From the IMG/VR virus record IMGVR_UViG_2518645549_000001, positions 48,104-112,103 of that record: 64,000 nucleotides of DNA, one strand, 5' to 3'. Position numbers and translations under genes: made by a program. This document shows positions 15,732 to 24,245 of this stretch, piece by piece; position 1 is the stretch's first letter, and each line of letters opens with the position of its first letter. The notes under the pieces are model-generated. The model was not told the origin of the DNA, made no database searches, and saw only the letters and a program-made list of their open reading frames with translations. Source of the stretch: a virus (taxonomy: Duplodnaviria > Caudoviricetes).

Positions 15732-16856
15732 TCAGAAGTTGATGGTGATGTTCGGGACTTCGCGGCGGGCGATCTTGAGAACGATGGCCCTGGCCAGCTC
15801 CTCGGTGATGTTCAGTGACATCAACGCTGTTTTGGCCTCGCCCATGACCTTTGCCTTGTGGGCTTGGTCGCGCTCGCGGGCCTCTTGCTGGCGGAGGATC
15901 TCAGCGGCCGCAGCATCGGCCCGGCGGCGTTCTTCCAGGCGCGCCTGCTCGGCTGCCTCCTCTTGCCGTCGAGCGGCGTCCTGGCGCTCCTGCTCCATTC
16001 GCTGCTCGGCCGCAACGCGGTCGGCCTCGGCCTGAATGCGAGCGCGCTCGGCTTGCTCGGCCTGCAGCTTGAGTTGCAGGCGCTGGTTCTCGGCTTCGCG
16101 CTCTTGTGCGGCAGCCTGGTCGAGCAGTTCCTGCTCGCGGCGGGCTGCGGCTTCACGCGCTGCCTGCTGCTCTTGGGCCACACGCTGACGCTCGGCCTCT
16201 ACTGCGGCCTCCTGTGCCGCTCGGATGCGGTCCTGCTCGGCGCGCTCTTCTGCCTCGCGGCGCAGGCGGGCCAGTTCGGCCTGTTCGGCGTCGTGCTTCT
16301 GGCGGGCGACCAGGGCGGCCTGCAATGCATTCAGAGAAGCCTCTTTGGTCCGAGCTGCCTCAGCCTCGAATTCCTCCCACGCTTCGCCCAACTGGAACGC
16401 GGAGAGCTCGCTGAGGCGCGCCTGCAGTTGCTCGGCATCCAAGGTGCCAAGCTCGGCGGCCAGGTCCTTCATACGGTTGATTGCGTCGTTGTGGCGGTCG
16501 ATCCGAGCATCCTCGGCGGTTTCCCACTCGGTGAGCGGCCGGCGCGTCTCGTCCCGTAGCGCGTCCATTTTGGTCACGAACTCGCGCAGCTCGGCCTCAA
16601 CGACCTTCGGCATTTCCTTGAGCCGGCGCAGGTAGTCGCGGCCAGGCTTCTCGACAGCGGTCTTCGACTTGCTGACCTTCGCGGCCAGGCTGGCGATGCG
16701 CTCGCGGCCCTTGCGGGTGGTCAGATCGGGCACTTCGCCTTCGACCTCACCCTTTACCAGGTTGATGAATTGCTGAAGGCCGCCGGCCACGTAGATGGCC
16801 GGGGCGTTCGCCTCGCTGATCTCTTCGATCTTGATCAGTTTCTGTTGTGCGGACAT
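15732..16856 (-). CDS. Coiled-coil phage protein of the recombination module
   Basis: VPDLTTRKGRERIASLA N-domain followed by a long A/E/R-rich helix. Confidence 0.8.
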   Translation of the reverse strand: MSAQQKLIKIEEISEANAPAIYVAGGLQQFINLVKGEVEGEVPDLTTRKGRERIASLAAKVSKSKTAVEKPGRDYLRRLKEMPKVVEAELREFVTKMDALRDETRRPLTEWETAEDARIDRHNDAINRMKDLAAELGTLDAEQLQARLSELSAFQLGEAWEEFEAEAARTKEASLNALQAALVARQKHDAEQAELARLRREAEERAEQDRIRAAQEAAVEAERQRVAQEQQAAREAAARREQELLDQAAAQEREAENQRLQLKLQAEQAERARIQAEADRVAAEQRMEQERQDAARRQEEAAEQARLEERRRADAAAAEILRQQEARERDQAHKAKVMGEAKTALMSLNITEELARAIVLKIARREVPNITINF

Positions 16857-16899
16857 TGGTACACCTCGCGCCAGGCCGGCGCCGTCAGTAGGAATAGGG

Positions 16900-17035
16900 G
16901 AAATGCCAGGTCACGCCCGTGATGTAAGGCCGAACGCCCTGGCTGTCGGTGATGGTTGCGCGCTCTTGCCGGCTTACGCTCCCTTGCGGGCACGGTTATC
17001 CCCCGAAGGGGCCCGCCGTACTCGGGCGTCTTGCG
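16900..17035 (-). ncRNA. Candidate structured RNA in the early operon
   Basis: CCCC-UUCG-GGGG, CCC-GCAA-GGG and GC-GUAA-GC hairpins closed by ACGCCCG/CGGGCGT. Confidence 0.5.
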
Positions 17036-17152
17036 TCAGCAGGTAATGCAGCCAGCGAGGGCGCTGGCGAGCATGAAGAATGTGCAGGCGAAGAGCATGG
17101 AGAAGGAGCCGCGCCAAGCCGCGATGCGGCGGGCCCGCTGGTAGCTGGTCAT
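17036..17152 (-). CDS. 38-aa single-TM peptide
   Basis: MTSYQRARRIAAWRGSFSMLFACTFFMLASALAGCITC; ATGA coupling. Confidence 0.5.
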   Translation of the reverse strand: MTSYQRARRIAAWRGSFSMLFACTFFMLASALAGCITC

Positions 17153-17304
17153 TGTTGAAGAGCCCTCAGCTTTTCCTCGCGCGCCTTGATTGCGCAGTCA
17201 GCATGCTGGGTTCGTCAGCCGCCTTGATAGCGCTCGAAGTGGCCGGCGCCCTTGGCCACGTGACCGCCGCAGCGGTAGCAGGTGCCTTGGAATCGGTTCC
17301 TCAT
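17149..17304 (-). pseudogene. Small Zn-finger-like gene with an in-frame TGA (17215-17217)
   Basis: MRNRFQGTCYRCG...QGG*RTQHADCA...; read-through restores ATGA coupling to the next gene. Confidence 0.6.
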
Positions 17305-17522
17305 ACGCGGACCTCATATCCTACGGTCCACTCGCCACACATCCACCAGCTGCGGCTTACTGCCTCGGGGTTTTCGATGAAAGCGTCGGCAGCGGCTTTC
17401 TTGGCGTCGAACAGAGTCGGGCCCTTGAACAGCATCAGCACCCGGTCGGCCGGCATGGCCTGAGCCTCGGGCAGTTCGGCGATCTGCTCGTCGATGAGCG
17501 TTTGAACGATTTGCGTGGTCAT
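17301..17522 (-). CDS. Hypothetical phage protein
   Basis: Coupled ORF with GGAGG RBS. Confidence 0.65.
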   Translation of the reverse strand: MTTQIVQTLIDEQIAELPEAQAMPADRVLMLFKGPTLFDAKKAAADAFIENPEAVSRSWWMCGEWTVGYEVRV

Positions 17523-17713
17523 GCAACCTCCTTGCGCCCATCAACGATCTTGTTGAGGCGCCCGCAGTAGTGGTTGAACTCTTCGATGGTGATGCGCTGG
17601 TCGGCCAGCATTTCAGTGAGGAGCTTGAGGACCATGGCCTGCCAGGACAGTGGCGTCTCCGGGTGAGCCATGGCCTCAAGCTCTTCGTCGATCAGTACGT
17701 GAGGGCTTTTCAT
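17519..17713 (-). CDS. Hypothetical phage protein
   Basis: Coupled ORF with GGAGG RBS. Confidence 0.65.
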   Translation of the reverse strand: MKSPHVLIDEELEAMAHPETPLSWQAMVLKLLTEMLADQRITIEEFNHYCGRLNKIVDGRKEVA

Positions 17714-18127
17714 TGAGCCTCCTCGGCCTGGGCCAGCACTCCTTCTTTGGCGAAGGGGGTGAGCAGCTGGCGGGCGATCTCTTCCAGCGCCGACTCAGGG
17801 TTGGCTACGCTCAGGATCTCGTCGGCTGCCGCTGCGGCATCGCTGATGACCTTGCAGCACGCCGCTAAGACCAAGCGGCCCAACACTGAGTTGCTGATAT
17901 CCGACTGGCCCAGCTGCCCCATAACGAACTCATCCACCGCCTGGGCGAAGCGCTCATAGGTGACACCCTGCTTCGGGCGCATCCGGCGCTGGAACACTAC
18001 GTCGCGGCGCGCCATCAGCTCGGCGATGCCGTCGTCGATCCAAGTGGATTCCGCGTCAGCTACTTCGCTCACTGCTGGCGGCATCCGGTTGTCGTACTCA
18101 AACTGAGCTGCTCGAAGTGCGCCCATG
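17710..18127 (-). CDS. Hypothetical phage protein
   Basis: MGALRAAQFEYDNRMPP... with AGGAGG RBS. Confidence 0.7.
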
Positions 18128-18332
18128 GCGTCCTCCTGGTGGTAATGCGGCCGCATTGGCCAGGAGCCAGGCGCGGGTGACCAAACTCACCGTGAAAGGT
18201 GGCCTGGCGCCTGCCAGTGCGGTCGAATGTTGGGAAGGGGATAGGAAAGAAACGGGTCTTGCTGAATGTGGGATGAATCAGAAGAGGAGCCGGCGGTAGA
18301 GGCCTACTCTGAGCCGCCGGCAATAAGAATTT

Positions 18333-18533
18333 TCACTCTACGATGCAGATCCAGCGGTGGTTATGTCGGTACGGCGCTCTGGTAAATGCGACGTCTGAAA
18401 CTAGGAACATACCGCGCTTCTGGAGCGCTTCGGTAAGTTGAGCGAGTGTCTCTGCTTCGATAGTCATTGCTGTTACCTCGTCAGATTTACTGCGTTCATA
18501 AATCCTGACCCAGTAGGCAACTGTTGGATTCAA
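18333..18533 (-). CDS. Low-GC 66-aa hypothetical protein, first ORF after pL
   Basis: ORF track; followed by a hairpin near 18289-18321. Confidence 0.45.
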   Translation of the reverse strand: MNPTVAYWVRIYERSKSDEVTAMTIEAETLAQLTEALQKRGMFLVSDVAFTRAPYRHNHRWICIVE

Positions 18534-18575
18534 TATTTTTGACTCACTTACCTTCGCGACGCCGCGTGAGCACTC

Positions 18576-18850
18576 GATTTCCCGTCTGGCCCTGTCGCCA
18601 AGGCCAGCCAGTGAAATCTGTGTTTCCTCGCTGCTCGCACTGTGCCAGGCACCGACGCCCGTTCTGAGGGCATCCCGGCAGGGAGCGGTTGCAGCGCAAC
18701 CCTTGGCCCGCTTGACGCTTTCAGTGAGGGAGCGCGCCGCATGGCTTCGAGCTGGCCAGTTCCAGAGCTGGCATGGGGATCGAATTTATTGCTCGCGCTG
18801 TGCCGTTGCCGGGATCGATCCGCGAGGTTCTCATAATGTGAAAGAGCGGC
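18576..18850 (-). ncRNA. pL leader: boxA-like element plus structured RNA
   Basis: CGCTCTTTCACA at 18848-18837; ATCCCGGCA/TGCCGGGAT long-range stem; GATTTC..CTGGCC..GGCCAG..GAAATC hairpin at 18576-18619. Confidence 0.5.
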
Positions 18851-18900
18851 GGCCGGTGTGGGCCTCTGCAGTCCCTGGTGAGTGACTGCGTGTTGAGGCA

Positions 18901-18942
18901 AATATCACGCATCGTGTTTTATGCGTCAACACAAAATGTGTT
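18901..18942 (-). promoter_or_regulatory. pL promoter with operators OL1 (18904-18918) and OL2 (18928-18942)
   Basis: TTGACG-17-GATATT; ATCACGCATCGTGTT and AACACAAAATGTGTT match the OR palindromes. Confidence 0.8.
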
Positions 18943-18962
18943 TATTTTCTCGAGGCCGGCAG

Positions 18963-19150
18963 GGCCTACGCGTCTAGTCGACAATCAACCACCCGAGCGC
19001 CCAAGCTCACCGGGGAGTCATAATTTATTGCCTTGACGACACATGGAGTGGGAGGAGGTGGTTGGACTGCTGACCGTAACTGGCGGCCTTGAGATGACGA
19101 TGTTGGCGTCAAATCGAGTGGGAAATGCAGCGCGATGATTACTACAAGCT
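18963..19150 (+). pseudogene. Decayed DUF1654-like gene
   Basis: GLRV*STINHPSAQAHRGVIIYCLD, then frameshifted EWEEVVGLL..GGLEMT; recognised from memory of the family. Confidence 0.5.
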
Positions 19151-19203
19151 TCCTTTTGACGAATTCGAAGTACTGGAATAAGAAGCGCTATTCTAAATGG
19201 TAC

Positions 19204-19229
19204 AAAAAAGCCCGCACTGTGCGGGCTTG
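19204..19229 (-). terminator. Intrinsic terminator
   Basis: AAGCCCGCA-CAG-TGCGGGCTT followed by a T run on the minus strand. Confidence 0.75.
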
Positions 19230-19334
19230 CTGGAAGCTTTAGTAAATTTCGCTGAGAGGGTGCAGAGCGATCAAGCTTCGACTTTTACCTTTCGATCATG
19301 CAGTATCGGGCATGTTCAACCTTGCGAATTTGTC

Positions 19335-20156
19335 CTAAAGTATCTGCTTAGATGCTGATGTTAGGTCAGTGTCTATCATTTCGCGAGCCTGTGAGATAGA
19401 AAGTTTCGGGATGATAGACTTTGGGATTCTTGAAGTTGGCGAAAGGTTGTACACCTTGAATTCTTCGTTTACCACGTCAGAGGACATCAACTTTAATGAC
19501 GGTAAAATTCGCTGTTCAAAGTGCTTGTCTAAGCCGCAAGGTGATATGACTGATGCACCATTCTCGTAGAATCTTCCGGCGGACTGGTTCAGATCAACAC
19601 CAACAAGAAAAACCTTTGAGAATCCTAAATGATATGCAATCTGGAGTGCTACATATGCAATGGTTCTCGCATCAAAATAGCCGTACTCCATATTTTTGCT
19701 GAAGCCTATGGAGCGTCCTCGTTTACTCCAGAGTGCCCAGCTACGCGCATGATGATTTTCGCGTTTAAAAATTGCTTGCATGAGCGGAAGCTCAGGTGCT
19801 TTCTCAAGAAAAAAAATTTCTCCTGATGGAGGCTTTGCTAGCTTTTCCGCCTCGGTTTTCCATATGGCTATTCGCTTTGAGCGCTGGATCGCCATTTCAT
19901 AGAGGTGAGGTTGTTGCAGGCGAAAACTAGTATCCGAGCAGACATAGAAAAAAGGCTTAATATCGGAGCCTGCGAACATTGCAATGGCGCCGTTCATTGT
20001 TATAATTGGTATATCTGAAAATTGCTCTAAGGGAAAGTCCTTTGCTGATTTTCCGGATGCAATTATAAAAACCGGGCCTTGCGCTATTTTACGGCACGAT
20101 TCGAAATTTTTAACCCGGGGACTAGTACCCTCTTGATTAGCAATTGCCATTTCCAT
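19335..20156 (-). CDS. WaaZ/RfaZ-like LPS core (Kdo) glycosyltransferase moron
   Basis: IIASGKS, ITMNG, FYVCSDTSF, IGFSKN..GY..RTIAYVALQIAY.LG, GVDL..RFYE, ILP and YNLS motifs collinear with WaaZ; low GC. Confidence 0.8.
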   Translation of the reverse strand: MEMAIANQEGTSPRVKNFESCRKIAQGPVFIIASGKSAKDFPLEQFSDIPIITMNGAIAMFAGSDIKPFFYVCSDTSFRLQQPHLYEMAIQRSKRIAIWKTEAEKLAKPPSGEIFFLEKAPELPLMQAIFKRENHHARSWALWSKRGRSIGFSKNMEYGYFDARTIAYVALQIAYHLGFSKVFLVGVDLNQSAGRFYENGASVISPCGLDKHFEQRILPSLKLMSSDVVNEEFKVYNLSPTSRIPKSIIPKLSISQAREMIDTDLTSASKQIL

Positions 20157-20432
20157 TGTGACTCATACATCCTGTTGACGGTAAACTGACCAATTTAGGC
20201 ATTATTATTCCATGAATCCAATAATTTTAGTGTGGATTCTCGGTGTGTGGGCGCAGCTTAATTAAAAGAGCCAGATTTGGGCGGCGTTTTTAGATAGGGG
20301 GCCGCGAGACTTGCGGCCGAGTTGATACTAGTGAGTCTCATAGTGCACTCCATGTGTTGGTGACATCTTGGCGACTACCGTCGCCACCGCTCTCATTTTT
20401 CGTGCGGGGGACTAGACTGACGCTTACTTTCT

Positions 20433-20708
20433 TTACCTCGTTACTATTTCGGTCGATCCTAACGCCTCGCAAGGATTCTTGACGCGGACGATAAGCCCCA
20501 GATGGGTTTCCTCTGCATATCCGGTGAGCCTTTCCTCGCCGTCCTTAAAAGATCGGCACATCCTCAGTAAGGCTTGAGCATCAGCATCATTACCGGACAG
20601 GCTGATACGCTCAGCAATCCGTTTTAGCTCAACCACTGACCACTTGAGATCAGAGGCCAACCCTTGGAGGTCGCGGCGGAGTTCTTGGTTGGGCTTGGTT
20701 AGTGACAT
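20433..20708 (-). CDS. Hypothetical protein downstream of cI
   Basis: MSLTKPNQELRRDL...; starts 2 bp after the cI stop. Confidence 0.7.
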   Translation of the reverse strand: MSLTKPNQELRRDLQGLASDLKWSVVELKRIAERISLSGNDADAQALLRMCRSFKDGEERLTGYAEETHLGLIVRVKNPCEALGSTEIVTR

Positions 20709-20710
20709 GG

Positions 20711-21517
20711 CTACACCAGATGAGCATTCCAAACCAACAGAACGCGGGCTTGGATGTAGGTCATGTCCCGGCGGATCATCCGATCCTTGTGCCGCGGGTT
20801 GTCCGAAATCATTTCATAGTGTTCCTCATCAGCAACCTGCAGGCGCTTGATGTAGAGCAGGTCATCCCAGACGAAGAGGTAGATCCCGTCGCCAACGAAC
20901 TCGCGTACGTTGATGTTCACGATTAGCGGGTCGCGGTGTTTGATGGTGGGCTCCATCGACTGGCCCCAGCCGGTGACCACTTTCAGGTGGTAGTGCTCCT
21001 CAAACTCAACGCCGATTTCCCGCAGGTGGCTGGGGCTGACGCGAATGTCCTTGAGCATTTCCGGATAGTCGTGCGGGAGCTGGCCGCCACCCATTGCTGC
21101 GCGGATATCGTAGTGGGCGATCCGGACCTCATCTCCGACTAGGCCAGGGCGCTTTATGTCCTCAGGCACGACGCCAGAGGAGGAAAAATCCTCAGCCGCG
21201 GCTATCAAGCGCTGGCGGGCTTCTTCCGGAATGCCCTTGCCACTTTTGGCAAGCATCAGCTTAACCAAGTCGGTCGTGCTTCGTGCTGTTGTGGCAAGAG
21301 CCTCGACGACAGGCTGATTAAGCAGTAGCTCGGACTGGTCGACGCCCAGGGCTGATGCCATGGCCGCGATGTCCGCCAAGGTCGGCTCTCTCGTACCTGC
21401 CTCGTAATTCCCGACCCGAGATTGCGACTTCCAGCCACAGGCCTCTGCCAGTTGGGCCTGGGACATTCCCGTCGCTTTTCTCAGGCGCTTGATGCGCTGG
21501 CTCAATGATTCATTCAT
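20711..21517 (-). CDS. cI: CI-like repressor (HTH + S24 peptidase)
   Basis: N-terminal HTH; AMGGG cleavage region; GQSMEP and YIKRL catalytic Ser/Lys. Confidence 0.93.
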   Translation of the reverse strand: MNESLSQRIKRLRKATGMSQAQLAEACGWKSQSRVGNYEAGTREPTLADIAAMASALGVDQSELLLNQPVVEALATTARSTTDLVKLMLAKSGKGIPEEARQRLIAAAEDFSSSGVVPEDIKRPGLVGDEVRIAHYDIRAAMGGGQLPHDYPEMLKDIRVSPSHLREIGVEFEEHYHLKVVTGWGQSMEPTIKHRDPLIVNINVREFVGDGIYLFVWDDLLYIKRLQVADEEHYEMISDNPRHKDRMIRRDMTYIQARVLLVWNAHLV

Positions 21518-21529
21518 GCGCGGGATTTC

Positions 21530-21596
21530 ATCACGAAATGAAATGACCGGCTTTCACTTATTGTGTTTGCAATTAACACGAAACGTGTTTTATCCT
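21530..21596 (+). promoter_or_regulatory. OR3/OR2/OR1 operators and pR
   Basis: ATCACGAAATGAAAT (21530), TTCACTTATTGTGTT (21553), AACACGAAACGTGTT (21575); TTGCAA-18-TATCCT. Confidence 0.8.
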
Positions 21597-21621
21597 TCGG
21601 TCATCAGTGGAGGAAGACCGT

Positions 21622-21837
21622 ATGAACCAAGTCCGAACGATTCGCGAAAGGGCTGGCGTTACCCAGGCAGCGCTGCGCCGTCAGCTCGGCTGGAATCAGT
21701 CCCGCCTGGCCAACTACGAATCAGGCCTGCGTAACCCAGGGCTGCAAGAGGCGCGACTCATTGTGGAAGCGCTGAACGTCCTCGGTGCCAGTTGTGCCCT
21801 GGACGATGCGTTTCCGCCTGCGCAAGTCGCCGCCTAA
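21622..21837 (+). CDS. cro: Cro-like HTH regulator
   Basis: Divergent from cI; HTH QSRLANYESG resembles CI QSRVGNYEAG. Confidence 0.88.
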   Translation: MNQVRTIRERAGVTQAALRRQLGWNQSRLANYESGLRNPGLQEARLIVEALNVLGASCALDDAFPPAQVAA

Positions 21838-21867
21838 CCATTTCCAATTGCAAGGAGCCATCACCGC

Positions 21868-22056
21868 ATGTACGCCAACCCCAAGCATCTGCATGACCGT
21901 GAGATCAAGGTCCGGGTCGATGAGGACACCTTTGAACTGATCCAGGCGCTGGCAAAGTTTCATCGCACTCAGCGCGCTGTGCTCTGCCGTGAGCTGCTTG
22001 AGGCTCAGCTGGCTGCCTTGGCTTCGGAGAATACCGGCGATCAGCACGTGGCCTGA
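21868..22056 (+). CDS. Ribbon-helix-helix-like small regulator
   Basis: IKVRVDE..QRAVLCRELL; AGGAG RBS. Confidence 0.65.
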   Translation: MYANPKHLHDREIKVRVDEDTFELIQALAKFHRTQRAVLCRELLEAQLAALASENTGDQHVA

Positions 22057-22074
22057 AGGCCCTTAGGAGGCCCC

Positions 22075-22254
22075 ATGCCGATTGAAGAAATCGGATTGGA
22101 CCAGAGGCAGATGGAGCAGTTGGAGAAAGAGGCGATGAGAAGGGGTGTAAGCCCTGAGGCGCTGGCAGCTGAGCTGATCCGTCGAGAACTGGCCAACCGA
22201 ACCAAGCCTCGCAACCCGCGAGGAGTCGTGACCCCGTTTCATCGAAAGGCCTGA
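22075..22254 (+). CDS. 59-aa ribbon-helix-helix-like protein
   Basis: AGGAGG RBS; MPIEEIGLDQ..LEKEAMRRGVSPEALAAELI. Confidence 0.65.
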   Translation: MPIEEIGLDQRQMEQLEKEAMRRGVSPEALAAELIRRELANRTKPRNPRGVVTPFHRKA

Positions 22255-22342
22255 ACAGGCCCTGATAAGCCCGAATCGCGGGCACAAAAAAGCCGGGTTC
22301 GCGGCCCGGCTCTCTGCGAAACACAAATCTTTGAAGGGGATT

Positions 22343-23143
22343 ATGCATATGCAGACCCAAATTGTACAGGCCTTGCAAAGGGTCGCGCCACAAAATGCGA
22401 ACCACGATTTCGTAGCGCGCACGATGTCGTCGCGCGAAATCGCTGAACTGACTGGAAAGCAGCATCAGCACGTAAAGCGCGACATCGAGAAGATGCTTGG
22501 CGACCTGAAAGAAGATGCGTCCAACTTTGGACAGATCTATTTCGACTCGCAAAACCGGGCTCGGCGCGAGTATTGCCTGGACCGTGAGCACACCGACTGC
22601 CTGCTTACCGGCTACAGCGCCGCTATGCGCATGGCGGTTATTAAACGCTGGCGCGAACTCGAAGACCAAGCCACGCCGGCGGCACCGGCCGACTTGAGCA
22701 AGCTGGAAATCCTCCAGATGGCCCTGGAGTCGGAGCAGGCCCGCGTGCTGCTCACGGTCCAGGTCGAGGCCCAGGCCAAAAAGATCGACCACCTGGAGAG
22801 CCTGTTCAAGGAAGGCGAGACGGCAGCGCAGTTCTGCAAGCAGCTGAATGGTGTCAACGTCATGCAGGTGAACGGCTACCTCAAGGATAAGAACTGGCTT
22901 TTCACTGAGGGGCGGTCCGGTACCCGCTGGCGGGTAACTTCGTATGCTCGCGACCGCTACATGACCGAGCACCACAACGAGATCACGCCGCATGGCAAAG
23001 AGGCGTTCATCGCCTATACGCCGATTCTCCTCCGAAAAGGCGCAGCACGCCTCTACGACCTGTACCTGGCCGGGGAGCTACCCATGAAGAAGAACTGGGA
23101 CGGCCTGCACACCCATGACAAGGCCGTGCGAGGTGCAGCATGA
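22343..23143 (+). CDS. Rha-family/antirepressor protein with a KilAC-like C-terminal domain
   Basis: MSSREIAELTGKQHQHVKRDI, LLTGYS..R..VIKRWRELE. Confidence 0.85.
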   Translation: MHMQTQIVQALQRVAPQNANHDFVARTMSSREIAELTGKQHQHVKRDIEKMLGDLKEDASNFGQIYFDSQNRARREYCLDREHTDCLLTGYSAAMRMAVIKRWRELEDQATPAAPADLSKLEILQMALESEQARVLLTVQVEAQAKKIDHLESLFKEGETAAQFCKQLNGVNVMQVNGYLKDKNWLFTEGRSGTRWRVTSYARDRYMTEHHNEITPHGKEAFIAYTPILLRKGAARLYDLYLAGELPMKKNWDGLHTHDKAVRGAA

Positions 23144-23340
23144 GCGACTTCGTGAAGGTTTCGTTGCGCGAATGCACCGACCAAGCCGCCCGCGGCGAAT
23201 GTGGCTGGGTGTGTGCCGATTGCTGCATGTCGGACCCAGGCGGGATGGCAGATGAGTGTTTTCACAAGAACCAGCAGTGCACCGAAATCATCAAGCGCGA
23301 CAAGCTGCATGCCATGCGTGAAGGGAACGAGCCGTCATGA
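23140..23340 (+). CDS. Small Cys-rich protein
   Basis: Coupled on both sides; 7 Cys. Confidence 0.6.
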   Translation: MSDFVKVSLRECTDQAARGECGWVCADCCMSDPGGMADECFHKNQQCTEIIKRDKLHAMREGNEPS

Positions 23341-24245
23341 GCATGGAATTGATGGTCAAGGCCATGAAGACCAAGGTCGGTAATCCGCTGCGCAAGCTGG
23401 TGCTAATCAAGCTGGCCGACAACGCGAGCGACCAGGGCGAATGCTGGCCGTCGTATCAGCACATCGCCGATCAGTGCGAGATCAGCAAGCGCTCTGTGAT
23501 GAACCACATCAACACCCTGTGCGGTGCTGGCCTGTTGCGCAAGGAGATTCGCAAGGGCGGGCCAAAGGGTAACTCCTCTAACGTCTACTACCTCACCTTG
23601 AGTGGTGCAGCAGATTCACTAGGGGTAGTGCAGCAGATTCACCAGGGTAGTGCAGCAGGTTCACCCCCTAGTGCAGCAGATTCACTAGGGGGTAGCGCAG
23701 GAGCTGCACCCAGAACCAGTCACTCTTTTGAATCAGTAAAGGAACCAGTCATTGAACCAGTTTCGACCCAGGCTGAAGCCATGGTCGCGGAGGGTATCGT
23801 GATTCCGTTCGCGGCTCAGCAACCCCGCTGCGAAATTCCTGCTGACATGCCAGGACCGAAGGATTCGAACTGCAAAACGTTCAAGGCCTGGGCGAACTAC
23901 GCCATGGCTTACCGTAAGCGCTACCACGCCTGGCCAGTGTGGAACGCCAAGTCAGGCGGGCAGGTTGGGCAACTCATCAGTCGTCTCGGCATCGACGTTG
24001 CCCACCATGTGGCCGCGTACTTCCTGACTGTCAACGACGCGCGCTTGATCAACGGCTGCCACAACCTGGGCGACCTGCTGGCCAAGGCCGAGGCCTACCA
24101 CACACAGTGGGTGACCAATCGCCAGATGAACGCCACGACTGCCCGGCAGTTGGAGCAGACCCAGGCCAACATCAACGCGGCCCAGGAAGCGGCTGATTCG
24201 ATCCTGAACGGCAAGGGAGGACAGCGGAATGCTTTCCTTGGCTGA
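23337..24245 (+). CDS. Replication initiator (O-like, HTH)
   Basis: KLVLIKLADNA..GECWPSYQHIA; contains iterons. Confidence 0.88.
   Translation: MSMELMVKAMKTKVGNPLRKLVLIKLADNASDQGECWPSYQHIADQCEISKRSVMNHINTLCGAGLLRKEIRKGGPKGNSSNVYYLTLSGAADSLGVVQQIHQGSAAGSPPSAADSLGGSAGAAPRTSHSFESVKEPVIEPVSTQAEAMVAEGIVIPFAAQQPRCEIPADMPGPKDSNCKTFKAWANYAMAYRKRYHAWPVWNAKSGGQVGQLISRLGIDVAHHVAAYFLTVNDARLINGCHNLGDLLAKAEAYHTQWVTNRQMNATTARQLEQTQANINAAQEAADSILNGKGGQRNAFLG
23605..23710 (+). repeat. Origin iterons: about five copies of GTGCAGCAGATTCAC
   Basis: Direct repeats at 21-25 bp spacing inside the initiator gene. Confidence 0.85.

Noticed and set aside
15732-16856. TolA or Gam assignment
   Set aside because: Similarity would rest only on low-complexity A/E/R helices.
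21905-22993. 362-aa minus-strand ORF
   Set aside because: Antisense to three credible plus-strand genes; no motif support.
23605-23710. CRISPR-like array
   Set aside because: Units are 21-25 bp with no unique spacers and lie inside the initiator gene; they fit iterons.
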